DNA of 64,000 nt. It comes from an uncultured candidatus Porisulfidus sp. GTDB taxonomy: Bacteria > Pseudomonadota > Gammaproteobacteria > Poriferisulfidales > Oxydemutatoraceae. How positions within the stretch are numbered: position 1 is the stretch's first letter; each line of letters opens with the position of its first letter. The stretch covers positions 1,920,001 to 1,984,000 of the forward strand of contig OZ244052.1 in assembly GCA_965215125.1 (NCBI GenBank), given 5' to 3'. The position numbers and the translations under genes were made by a program. The notes beneath the pieces were generated by a model. The model did no database searches. It was not told where the DNA came from and worked only from the letters and a program-made list of their open reading frames with translations. This document shows positions 53,825 to 64,000 of the stretch, one piece after another.

Positions 53825-53960
53825 CCGTAGGGGCGGACTTCATTAAATTGCCGATTGACCTACTGGCTCAATCGGCGGCTTTGCCCTGCCCCTACAGGTG
53901 GTTTGGATAATTATGTGGCGCAGGGCGGTTGGTGTTGTGCGATGTCATTTTTCAACAGCC
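53825..53960. repeat. Shorter member of the composite MITE/REP family, between convergent genes
   Basis: gtaggggcgg (53827) ... ctgcccctac (ending 53895) enclose a perfect 9-bp stem gccgattga/tcaatcggc. Then cctacaggtg.ttggataattat...tttttcaacagcc as at 37289-37361. Confidence 0.78.
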
Positions 53961-54001
53961 TCGACTTGTCCGCACAACTTCACACCGATTGACCTACCGG
54001 C

Positions 54002-54682
54002 TTAAGAGGAACTACCGTCAATCCAATCAATGAGCTGCGGTAGAGTATCAAAAATTGCTTCTGCCCCCCATTCGGAAATATCAACTTCTTTGACATGATA
54101 ACCGTAGGATACTGCGAGCGCGCACATGCCCGCGCTTATCGCTGCGGTCATGTCGTTTAGCGTGTCGCCTAAGTAAGCACAGTGTCGGGGGAATAAATTA
54201 AGCTGTCTCGCTGCACACAACAGAGGTCTGGGATGCGGTTTTTTTTGATCGGTCGTATCACCGTAGACTAAACAATCGGCGTAGTCGTACAGCCCTAGCT
54301 TTTGCAATATCGGTACCGAAAGACGCTCGGATTTATTCGTTACAATTCCCCATTTCATTCCTAAGTCTTTGATTTTTGTTATCGTTGCGATTGTCTCCGG
54401 AAATAAGCTCGTAGTATCGTGTAGGTGTGCTCGGTAGATTTCTATAAACTCGGACGATAGCTGCTCGCGTTCAATCTCGCCGTAATCATCACCGAAAGCG
54501 GCTTTTATTAGCGAGTAGCTACCTTGCCCTGCATGAGGACGCATCGCTGCTATGTCTTTGGCAGGGTGTCCTTTTTTCTCCAATAAAATGTTTAGAGATT
54601 TGATTAGATCGCCGGCTGTATCTATCAGTGTGCCGTCTAAATCAAATAGAATCGCGTGTAAAGATTTCAAGGGCGTCGGCAA
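54002..54682 (-). CDS. gph: HAD-family phosphatase (phosphoglycolate phosphatase/MupP-like)
   Basis: LFDLDGTLIDT, GIVTNK, KKPHPRPL, YLGD; lies downstream of ubiG. Confidence 0.8.
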   Translation of the reverse strand: MPTPLKSLHAILFDLDGTLIDTAGDLIKSLNILLEKKGHPAKDIAAMRPHAGQGSYSLIKAAFGDDYGEIEREQLSSEFIEIYRAHLHDTTSLFPETIATITKIKDLGMKWGIVTNKSERLSVPILQKLGLYDYADCLVYGDTTDQKKPHPRPLLCAARQLNLFPRHCAYLGDTLNDMTAAISAGMCALAVSYGYHVKEVDISEWGAEAIFDTLPQLIDWIDGSSS

Positions 54683-55365
54683 TGCATTAAGTAGTTGACA
54701 TCGGGTTCGCCGCTCAAAACCGCCGTATCTAAAAAAGGCAAATAGTGCATACCGGTGATATCGCAGACAGTTGCGTTGTTTTGTTTCACCATCGCCGCAA
54801 GTTCCGAGGGTTTGATTAACTTTTGATAATCGTGTGTTCCTTTAGGAAGTAGTTTTAGCAGATATTCTGCCCCCACGATCGCCAGTAAATAGGCTTTCGG
54901 TGTACGGTTGATTGTTGAAAAAAATACATTACCGCCCGGCTTGACCGCACGAATACAAGCGGAGACCAGGGATTGTGGCTCGGGTACATGCTCCAAAAGC
55001 TCCATACAGGTGACGATATCGTAGTAATTTGTATTTTGTTCGGCGTGTTGCTCGGCACTCGTATATCGGTAATCAATAGCGAGTTTAGATTCGTGCAAAT
55101 GCAATCGGGCGGTTTCAAGCGAGGCTTTACCCAAATCAATACCGACTACCGTAGCCTCTTTACGCGCCATCGCTTCGCATAATAGACCGCCGCCGCAACC
55201 TACATCCAGGACTTTTTTATTTTTGAGGGTAGTGCGCGTGGCGATATATTCGGCACGCACCGGATTGATGATATGTAATGTTTTGAAAACTCCTTCGGGA
55301 TCCCACCAACTCATTGCGGAGGTTTCAAACTTATCTAATTCCCGTTGTTGTGCATTAACTTCCAT
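54667..55365 (-). CDS. ubiG: Ubiquinone biosynthesis O-methyltransferase
   Basis: WWDPEG.FKTLHIINPVR, VLDVGCGGGLL, CMELLEHVP, STINRT, AEYLLKLLPKGTH. Confidence 0.95.
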   Translation of the reverse strand: MEVNAQQRELDKFETSAMSWWDPEGVFKTLHIINPVRAEYIATRTTLKNKKVLDVGCGGGLLCEAMARKEATVVGIDLGKASLETARLHLHESKLAIDYRYTSAEQHAEQNTNYYDIVTCMELLEHVPEPQSLVSACIRAVKPGGNVFFSTINRTPKAYLLAIVGAEYLLKLLPKGTHDYQKLIKPSELAAMVKQNNATVCDITGMHYLPFLDTAVLSGEPDVNYLMHCRRP

Positions 55366-55571
55366 GTGCGTATTCTATCATTTGCATGATAGACTACATA
55401 TTAGTTCTGATTTTAATGCGCTATGAATGTATCGATTTAGCATTAGGTCTTGCTAATTATAGAAAAATAATTTACGATTATAGATGCTCTCTTGAGCATA
55501 TCGGGAAAAGTCAGAGATACTGACAATCTAAAGTTTTAGAGAGTACAACGCTAAAGTATAAGGGGGGAAAT

Positions 55572-55919
55572 ATGAGATATACAAGAAATACTACGAAATT
55601 TTTTTCGGTATTACCGGCAATCGTATCAATTTTATTTTTAACCGGATTTACGCAAAAAATCCAAATTGAAGATATAGCCGAAGATGCCTTTATGATTAAA
55701 CACCGCGTCATTGCACCCGATTTGGAATTAGGTGAAGAGGAGGGAGAATACGAGGAATTTAGAAATATTGAAGAGGTTGCCGAGGAAAAATGTCTTAATA
55801 TGGGGAAAAAACATTTGTTTGTACATAAAATTTTTCATTGTTTGAAAATCAAGTGTTTAAGATTCGATCACGTATATAGATGTGTAGATGAATCTTCGGA
55901 ACCTGTGTCGGACGAATAA
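55572..55919 (+). CDS. Hypothetical small exported protein with four Cys
   Basis: Basic N-terminus plus hydrophobic stretch, RBS AAGGGGG, AT-rich, A...C...GK...C....C...YRC pattern. Confidence 0.55.
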   Translation: MRYTRNTTKFFSVLPAIVSILFLTGFTQKIQIEDIAEDAFMIKHRVIAPDLELGEEEGEYEEFRNIEEVAEEKCLNMGKKHLFVHKIFHCLKIKCLRFDHVYRCVDESSEPVSDE

Positions 55920-56048
55920 AACAACCGATACCGATAAGAATCACCCTCTCGCTTCAATAACGCATTCAGGGGTTTTCATGGTTCTAATGTGAGATTAACG
56001 CTATAATCTGTTTACGTGTACCAGCCTGCGCCCGAATAGCTACTATAA

Positions 56049-57335
<1,287 letters not shown>

Positions 57336-57341
57336 GTAAAG

Positions 57342-58199
57342 TTAAGGTTCAAGATAGCGAACCTTAAATGTTAAATAAAGCTGATCTACATCCGGATTAT
57401 TTTCTGCTTTAGGTTCTTCGTTTAATATCAACCGCACAAGTTGCAAACGATAATGCTTTAAGTCCGAGTGGCCTGCCAACATTGTCAAGAATTCCGAGGA
57501 TCCTATAAATTGCATAGAGAATGTCATATAGTGTAGTCTTAGACAGCGATCGTATAAGCACGATTCAAATAATTCCGGTCCTGCGCATAGATACAAGCGA
57601 CGATAGCCGGCTTTAATTAATTGTTTTGTAATTGTCCCCCCCTCAACGCGTTGTTTACCGGCGACAACGACTTTATAACCTTGTTTTTGCCACGCTCGGA
57701 TTCGCTGTGTGTCGCCGTTATCGCTCGTTGCAATCCAAACATCTTTTTTGGCGAGGCTATCCGGCATCGGGAATTCAAGCGTATTGCTACAGACGACGAC
57801 GAGCGGCTGTGCAGATAACCTTCGCTGCAATCGCCAGTCGCATAGATCGGCGTGTTCTTCTGCATTCCCGATATGCAAGATGTTGCTCAGATGTCCTGCC
57901 GCTAATGCGCGTAGATAACCGCCGTGGGTAATAAGACAATCGGCTTGTGCTTGCAGTTCCAAGAACAGTCGGTGGTCGGTATTACTGGTGAGTTGTTCCG
58001 GTAGCAGCAAAGTTTTATTTTTAGATATTGCAATACGCCCGTCCAAACTGGTCAGGAAATTAGAATAAACGATAGGTTCATCGCAGCCGGATAAAAACGG
58101 GTCGTCTAAATAGGTGCCGTGCAGCCGTTTGTATTTTTTGTATTCGGGATAAATTTGTGTGATATTCATGTATAATTGAGCGATTACCGAACATGACAT
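57342..58199 (-). CDS. RibD C-terminal/dihydrofolate reductase-fold protein
   Basis: VYSNFLTSLDGRIA, D.RLFLELQAQAD, LYLCAGP. Alternative start at ATG 58169. Confidence 0.78.
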   Translation of the reverse strand: MSCSVIAQLYMNITQIYPEYKKYKRLHGTYLDDPFLSGCDEPIVYSNFLTSLDGRIAISKNKTLLLPEQLTSNTDHRLFLELQAQADCLITHGGYLRALAAGHLSNILHIGNAEEHADLCDWRLQRRLSAQPLVVVCSNTLEFPMPDSLAKKDVWIATSDNGDTQRIRAWQKQGYKVVVAGKQRVEGGTITKQLIKAGYRRLYLCAGPELFESCLYDRCLRLHYMTFSMQFIGSSEFLTMLAGHSDLKHYRLQLVRLILNEEPKAENNPDVDQLYLTFKVRYLEP

Positions 58200-58221
58200 T
58201 ATATTCTATCAAGGTGATTTT

Positions 58222-60063
58222 ATGACCCTAAACACGATCAAAGTTTTACCGTCTCAGCTCGTCAATCAAATCGCCGCCGGTGAAGTAATAGAACGCCCGG
58301 TATCCATTGTCAAAGAATTGGTAGAAAACAGTTTAGATGCAAATGCAAATCGTATCGTAGTCAAAATAGAGCGAGGCGGTTCGAAGTCTATAGAAGTCGG
58401 CGACGACGGAGACGGCATCCCCGCCGAGCAATTGGCATTGGCACTGTCGCGCCATGCAACCAGTAAAATTTCCGCTATGGAGGATCTAATAGCTATCAAA
58501 CAATTTGGATTCAGAGGTGAGGCTTTACCGAGTATTGCCTCGGTGTCACGTCTCACATTAAGTTCAAACACGTCCGAGCAAGGAAATGGTCATCAAATTG
58601 TGGTTGACGGAGGCGATGCTACTGCCGACCAGGTTATTCCTACGGCGCGTGCTAAGGGTACGACGGTAACAGTCGGTGATTTGTTTTTCAATGTACCGGC
58701 GAGACGGAAATTTCTCAAGACCGAACGCACCGAGTTTTCTCATATACAGCAGTTTTTGTACCGCATTGCGCTTGCGCGTCACGATGTCGAGTTCATACTG
58801 GAGCATAACGGTAAAACGATATTCCATTTTCCTAAAACCGAGCATAAGACCGAGTTGCAATCGCGTTTGAAAAAAATATTCGGCAAGGCTTTTGCCGAGC
58901 AAAATATCCGGCTTTCGGAGAGTATAGAAGACCTGGCTGTTTCCGGTTGGTTCGGATTGCCGACCATCGCTCGTAGTCAGCCCGATATGCAGTATTGCTA
59001 TGTCAACGGTCGGGTGGTGCGAGATAAGACCCTCGCCCATGCGGTGCGTCGTGCATATAACGATGTGCTGTACCAAGATCGCCATCCTTGTTATATTCTG
59101 TATTTGGATATTGCTGCAAGCAAGGTAGACGTAAATGTACATCCTGCTAAACACGAAGTACGCTTTCACGATCAAAGATTGGTACACGATTTTGTGCATA
59201 TAGCTATCCAACGGGGACTTGCTCGAATATCACCTAAGACGGTGCCCAATTTGGTTGAATATCGGAATGGACTGCAAAATAGCACGCACAGTGGCGGTTT
59301 TCCGCACAAAACATCGGTTAAGAAGACCGCGCAGCCGCACTTAAACTTATCCGTAGAGAGGCACGGTAGCGGTCGATCAGGCCGGGGTTTTTATAAGCAA
59401 GTCACAGAACATATCCAACCGGCAAACGACTATATGCGAACCGAAGCTAAGGACCGGATGATGAATGACCAAGTGATGTTACCTTTGGGTGAGGCGATTT
59501 GCCAAGTGCACGGTATCTACATCATCGCACAAAATATCGAAGGTTTTGTGATAGTAGACATGCACGCCGCACACGAACGCATAGTCTACGAGCGTCTCAA
59601 AGAGGCCTATAAAAAGCAAGGCGTACATTCACAACCTTTGCTCGTCCCGGAAACTTTGGAAGTGAGTGAAAGAGAAGCCGATATATGCGAACTACACACC
59701 GAGACATTGGAAAAAATCGGTTTCGGCGTAGAGCGCATCGGCTTGTGTAGGTTGAGAATTAAGCGGGTATCTTCGTTGTTAAAAGGGATCGATCTTAGTC
59801 GATTATTGCTGGATGTATTGGCCGATTTCATGCACAATGACTCATCGGAGCGTATCGAGGATCGTATCAACGATATATTGTCTACGATGGCGTGCCACAG
59901 CGGTGCGGTGCGCGCCAATCGTAAATTATCTTTGGATGAGATGAATGTGATATTGCGAGACATAGAATCAACCGAGCGTAGTGGGCAGTGTAATCACGGT
60001 CGTCCGACATGGTTGCAACTGAGCATAAAACACTTGGATAAACTATTCAAAAGAGGGCAATAA
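58222..60063 (+). CDS. mutL: DNA mismatch repair protein MutL
   Basis: NQIAAGEVIERP, GFRGEALPSI, VDVNVHPAKHEVRF, endonuclease motif DMHAAHERIVYE, CNHGRPT. Confidence 0.97.
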   Translation: MTLNTIKVLPSQLVNQIAAGEVIERPVSIVKELVENSLDANANRIVVKIERGGSKSIEVGDDGDGIPAEQLALALSRHATSKISAMEDLIAIKQFGFRGEALPSIASVSRLTLSSNTSEQGNGHQIVVDGGDATADQVIPTARAKGTTVTVGDLFFNVPARRKFLKTERTEFSHIQQFLYRIALARHDVEFILEHNGKTIFHFPKTEHKTELQSRLKKIFGKAFAEQNIRLSESIEDLAVSGWFGLPTIARSQPDMQYCYVNGRVVRDKTLAHAVRRAYNDVLYQDRHPCYILYLDIAASKVDVNVHPAKHEVRFHDQRLVHDFVHIAIQRGLARISPKTVPNLVEYRNGLQNSTHSGGFPHKTSVKKTAQPHLNLSVERHGSGRSGRGFYKQVTEHIQPANDYMRTEAKDRMMNDQVMLPLGEAICQVHGIYIIAQNIEGFVIVDMHAAHERIVYERLKEAYKKQGVHSQPLLVPETLEVSEREADICELHTETLEKIGFGVERIGLCRLRIKRVSSLLKGIDLSRLLLDVLADFMHNDSSERIEDRINDILSTMACHSGAVRANRKLSLDEMNVILRDIESTERSGQCNHGRPTWLQLSIKHLDKLFKRGQ

Positions 60064-60072
60064 ATACTACAG

Positions 60073-61014
60073 ATGCAGGTACCGGACGACGCATGCGACA
60101 AGCTGATATGTTTGATCGGCCCTACCGCAAGCGGTAAAAGCACGGTTGCGGTTGAGATTGCAAAGCAGCTTCCCGTTGACATCGTCAGCGTGGATTCGGC
60201 ATTGATTTATAAGTCCATGGACATAGGAACGGCAAAGCCCGGAGCGCAAATACGCGCTCGCATACCTCACCACCTAATAGACATCATAGAACCCGACGAA
60301 TATTATTCCGCTGCCCGATTTAGAAAAGATGCCTTAAGTGCAATAGCACAAATACGCCGTCGCCACCGTATTCCGTTACTGGTGGGTGGTACGATGTTTT
60401 ATTTTAATGTATTGGCAAACGGCTTATCACCGATGCCCGAAACCTATCCCGAGACCAGAGCAAAACTTGTGGATCGTTATAAGACTACCGAGAATTTATA
60501 TAAGAAATTACAGAGTGTGGACCCGGCAACCGCTATCCGTATTCACCCTAAGGATAAGCAACGCGTATTAAGAGCACTGAGTGTGTATTCGGAGAGTCGA
60601 CGAACAATGAGTTACTACCGAATGCAACCGTCAAAAACATCTGCGATGGCGACACACTATATCGCACTTGATTTCGATGATCGTGCAACGATGCATCGGC
60701 GTATAGAACAACGTCTAAGCGGTATGTTGCAACGAGGCTTATTGGGCGAAGTTGCAACATTGATGTTAAGAGGGGATTTAGATGCGAGCAGTACATCGAT
60801 GCGAGCAATCGCTTATCGCCAAGTATGGCAATATCTAATCGGGAATTACGATTACTCCGAGATGGTGCAAAGCGCATTGGCTGCAAGCCGCCAATTTGCC
60901 AAGCGACAGCTAACATGGATGCGAAGGATGCCGATTATTGCGCGCTATGCGGTTGACGCAATGTCCCCCGAGCACATCGCAAAACGAATCGTCGAAGACA
61001 CATGGGGCTGTTGA
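60073..61014 (+). CDS. miaA: tRNA dimethylallyltransferase
   Basis: GPTASGKS, SVDSALIYKSMDIGTAKP, PHHLID, LVGGTMFY, RQFAKRQLTW. Confidence 0.96.
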   Translation: MQVPDDACDKLICLIGPTASGKSTVAVEIAKQLPVDIVSVDSALIYKSMDIGTAKPGAQIRARIPHHLIDIIEPDEYYSAARFRKDALSAIAQIRRRHRIPLLVGGTMFYFNVLANGLSPMPETYPETRAKLVDRYKTTENLYKKLQSVDPATAIRIHPKDKQRVLRALSVYSESRRTMSYYRMQPSKTSAMATHYIALDFDDRATMHRRIEQRLSGMLQRGLLGEVATLMLRGDLDASSTSMRAIAYRQVWQYLIGNYDYSEMVQSALAASRQFAKRQLTWMRRMPIIARYAVDAMSPEHIAKRIVEDTWGC

Positions 61015-61290
61015 AAAAGTATCTACGAACCGTAGGGGGTGGTTAATTCCCCTCCTGTGGAGGGGTGGCAGGCGAAGCCTGACGGGGTGGTTGTGTCGTG
61101 GGGCTGTTGAAAAAGTATCCACGAACCGTAGGGACGGTACATTCCCCTCCTTCGGAGGGGTGGCAGGCGAAGCCTGACGGGGTGGTTGTGTCGTATCTGC
61201 ACAATTTATACATCCATCCAATTTACGGAAGCCATTATTTGTCGGCGCAGGGCGGTTGGTGTTGTGCAGAACGGCACTTAAGGGCAAACA
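61003..61290. repeat. Composite MITE/REP element with a tandem 96-bp duplication, between convergent genes
   Basis: tggggctgttgaaaaagtatc...gaaccgtaggg...ttcccctcc-NNN-ggaggggtggcaggcgaagcctgacggggtggttgtgtcg starts at 61003 and again at 61099. 61195-61290 aligns with ~37178-37276. Confidence 0.85.
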
Positions 61291-61364
61291 GATATATTAA
61301 ACCTCGGCTTATTTGATATAAGATAAATGCTTAGGTAGATGCAGTGCCTAGGAGGACGGTGCCG

Positions 61365-62504
61365 CTATTTTGCGCGGGCATTAGACCAGTATTTTAGACT
61401 TTGCATTTCCAATAATCGGCTAACTGTTCTATTAAACTCAAACCCCAGACGACCTGCTCGATACAGCTCGCGGGCTTGTGCTTGCGCCGATAGCACTAGG
61501 ATTACATTTTGATCGTAGAACTCGTCAATCAATTGTATGAAGCGGCGGGCTGCATTGTCTCGGTTATTGAAGATCGGAACCCCGGATATTAAAACGGTAT
61601 GGTAGAGGTGCGCGATGATAATATAGTCTGCTACCGAGCGGGGTGTTTCACAAAGCTCTTTGAACTCAAACCAAACAACATTGGGTGTATGCATGCGTAC
61701 CTTGATATTGCGATCGTTTATTTTTATAGAATCATTACTATCGACATCTTCGGAACCGAGTGCGGTAAAGCATTGTCTCATTAAAGTCTCCGATTGTTCG
61801 TCATAAGGCGTGTGATAGCTACCGGAACTTTTAATATGTAGGGAGCGATAATCAACACCGGTTTGCATTGTCACGACTTCGGTATGGCGTTCTATCAGCG
61901 CAATAGCGGGCACAAAGCGATCGTGCTGCAAACCGCCTTTATATAAGTCCTTAGGAGCAAAATTAGATGTGGTAACAAGCACGATTTGACATTCGAATAA
62001 AGCGGCGAGTAAGCGATAAAGAATCATGGCATCGGTGATATCGGATACAAAAAACTCGTCCAAGAATAATACCTGCACACGATCGGCTAAGTCTTCGGCG
62101 ATGATTTTCAAAGGGTTTTTTCGGTTGGACATTTTTTTTAGAGAACCGTGCACCCCTTGCATGAATTGGTAATAGTGAAACCGTCGCTTTTTATCGACGG
62201 GCAATACTTCGTAGAAAAAATCAAGCATATAGGTCTTACCCCTACCGACGCCTCCCCACAAATAAAGCCCTCGGTTGGAGTGGTTTTCAGAGTGACGACC
62301 GGTATTTTTAGGTCTTAGCCAACTTGCCCAAGTTTTTTTCGGTGCCGGAGTCAGCAGTTGATCCGATATAGTTTGCAGATAAGCGACGACTTTTAGCTGT
62401 TCAGGATCTACTTGGTAAGCACGTTTTTTTAGATGCAATCGGTAAAGGGTTTCCAAGCAAATTGTTTTGTCTTTATCCATTATCTTATTATTATAATAAG
62501 ACAT
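61365..62504 (-). CDS. zapE: AFG1/ZapE-family ATPase
   Basis: GLYLWGGVGRGKTY, LFLDEFFVSDITDAMIL, TTSN, GGLQHDRF, RRFIQLIDEFYD, RTVSRLLEMQS. Confidence 0.93.
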   Translation of the reverse strand: MSYYNNKIMDKDKTICLETLYRLHLKKRAYQVDPEQLKVVAYLQTISDQLLTPAPKKTWASWLRPKNTGRHSENHSNRGLYLWGGVGRGKTYMLDFFYEVLPVDKKRRFHYYQFMQGVHGSLKKMSNRKNPLKIIAEDLADRVQVLFLDEFFVSDITDAMILYRLLAALFECQIVLVTTSNFAPKDLYKGGLQHDRFVPAIALIERHTEVVTMQTGVDYRSLHIKSSGSYHTPYDEQSETLMRQCFTALGSEDVDSNDSIKINDRNIKVRMHTPNVVWFEFKELCETPRSVADYIIIAHLYHTVLISGVPIFNNRDNAARRFIQLIDEFYDQNVILVLSAQAQARELYRAGRLGFEFNRTVSRLLEMQSLKYWSNARAK

Positions 62505-62561
62505 GGGATGAGCTAATATGTTCTTTTGTATAAATTTCTACGAATACTGGATAGAGCCGAT

Positions 62562-63782
62562 ATGCGTATTGGTGTTTTAGGGTCGGGTATTACCGGATTG
62601 ACCACTGCTTATAGTTTGAGCCTTCAAGGCTTCAATGTGTCGGTCATAGACCGGGAAGATCAGTCTGCGATGGGTGCAAGTTATGCGAACGGCGCGCAGT
62701 TGTCGGTCAGCAACGCAATACCGACTGCGTATCCGTCGGTATTTATTTATTTATTCAGGAGTCTATTCAAGCAAGAAGGCGGTTTGTTTTTCAAGGCACA
62801 CTTGTCGTGGGACGAATGGCGTTGGATATATCACTTTATTCGTAATTGCCGCCGGACGGTTTCCGAATCCAATCTGATTCGTTTAGCAGAGATTTGTGTG
62901 CGTTCCCGAGAGTTGTATTATCAATTACTAGAGCAGACCGACATCAACTTTAATTTTTCAAAAAAAGGGATATTACATTTTTATGTCGATAACACCGCTT
63001 ATAAAATTGCCGCTCGCCAGTCGGCTTTGCTGAGGCAGGTTTCACCGAGCATAAGACAAATCGTCGATAGAGAGCAGATTATAGAAATAGAACCGGCGTT
63101 GCGTATCTGTTCCGAAAACATCGTCGGCGGTTTCTACAGTCCGGAAGATGCAACCGGAGACGCTAGACTTTTTTGTTTGGAACTAGAACGGTTGTGCAGA
63201 GCGCGAGGCGTAGAATTCCTATATAACACTTGCGTGCAGAACCTGAAGTTGAAGGCTAGAGAGGTCATAGTGCAAACCGATCAAGGGGATTTAAATACCG
63301 ATCATGTTGTGTGTTGTTTGGGTGTTCATTCGTCCTTACTATTAAAGAAAATAGGTATATCTTTGAACATCTATCCACTCAAAGGTTATTCGATTACAAT
63401 TGATTTAAACGACTCCGAATCAAGATTACATGCCCCTAAAGTCTCGTTATTCGACGATCAATATAAACTTGTTGCAAGTCGTTTGGGACAAAAATTGCGG
63501 ATCGCAGGCATTGCCGAACTTGACAGCTACAGTGTTGATATAAATCCGAACCGTGTTGCGTATCTCAAACAGTGGATGCACACATATATGCCGAAGGTTT
63601 CGATAAATCAATACACAACATGGACGGGGTTGCGCCCTGCGACACCCTCCAGTTTACCCTATGTGGGGAATATATATCACCGGCGTTTGTGGTTGAATAC
63701 CGGGCACGGTACTTTAGGATGGACTGCGGCGATGGCAACCGCCGAGGCGGTGTGCAACGGAATTTTAAGCATTACCCGGTAA
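62562..63782 (+). CDS. dadA: D-amino acid dehydrogenase (FAD-dependent)
   Basis: GSGITG Rossmann motif, ASYANGAQLS, IYPLKGYSIT, WTGLRPATP, NTGHGTLGWT. Start placed at ATG 62562. Confidence 0.85.
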   Translation: MRIGVLGSGITGLTTAYSLSLQGFNVSVIDREDQSAMGASYANGAQLSVSNAIPTAYPSVFIYLFRSLFKQEGGLFFKAHLSWDEWRWIYHFIRNCRRTVSESNLIRLAEICVRSRELYYQLLEQTDINFNFSKKGILHFYVDNTAYKIAARQSALLRQVSPSIRQIVDREQIIEIEPALRICSENIVGGFYSPEDATGDARLFCLELERLCRARGVEFLYNTCVQNLKLKAREVIVQTDQGDLNTDHVVCCLGVHSSLLLKKIGISLNIYPLKGYSITIDLNDSESRLHAPKVSLFDDQYKLVASRLGQKLRIAGIAELDSYSVDINPNRVAYLKQWMHTYMPKVSINQYTTWTGLRPATPSSLPYVGNIYHRRLWLNTGHGTLGWTAAMATAEAVCNGILSITR

Positions 63783-63808
63783 TTATCGGAGCCTCGGATC
63801 GTGCCGGG

Positions 63809-64000
63809 TTAAAAAACCGAAGAACTTAATTCGTCTATCGAGCGTAGGATATGCGGGTCGTCGCTTAAGGCATAGCTGATGCAATGCCGGACTGCGGAAG
63901 GTGGAGAGATGCCTGCTGTGATTAGTTTTGCGGTATGCACCAACAGGCGAGTGCTGGCACCTTCGTCTAAGCCGTTGCCTTTCAAATTGCGTGTCATTTC
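63809..64000 (-). CDS. CbbQ/NirQ/NorQ-family AAA+ ATPase, C-terminal part (gene runs in from beyond the window)
   Basis: RNLKGNGLDEGASTRLLVHTAKLI..G......LSDD matches the CbbQ/NorQ C-terminal consensus. Confidence 0.8.
   Translation of the reverse strand, partial: EMTRNLKGNGLDEGASTRLLVHTAKLITAGISPPSAVRHCISYALSDDPHILRSIDELSSSVF

Noticed and set aside
61003-61194. CRISPR array or small coding ORFs in the 96-bp tandem repeat
   Set aside because: Only two units, no unique spacers and no cas genes. The overlapping ORFs here and at 37040-37412 are translations of the repeat.

Overview
Gammaproteobacterial chromosome segment, judged from serS, mutL-miaA, ubiG-gph, uvrB and zapE; a marine host-associated lifestyle is an inference only. 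Bases 1-36000 are one uninterrupted reading frame that is already open at base 1 (at least 11,999 aa). It encodes a giant surface-type protein with at least 15 GLUG-type beta-helix modules (Ca-binding DxDxDG loops, Cys pairs), a stalk of about 30 cadherin-like beta-sandwich domains that appear to be shuffled by recombination, and an unusual terminal peptide IRIRAKVFLEGPLQ with no recognisable secretion or anchor domain. Next come an alpha/beta hydrolase and a tetrahydromethanopterin/methanofuran-type C1 cofactor biosynthesis cluster. An AT-rich tandem array of five sulfotransferase genes follows, with near-identical 263-bp 3' blocks and variable middles; copy 2 is cleanly interrupted by a 1316-bp IS256-family element with an 8-bp target duplication. 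The rest is housekeeping genes. A composite MITE/REP-like repeat family lies between three convergent gene pairs. No rRNA, tRNA or CRISPR array was seen. All calls come from motif recognition by eye; no database searches were run.
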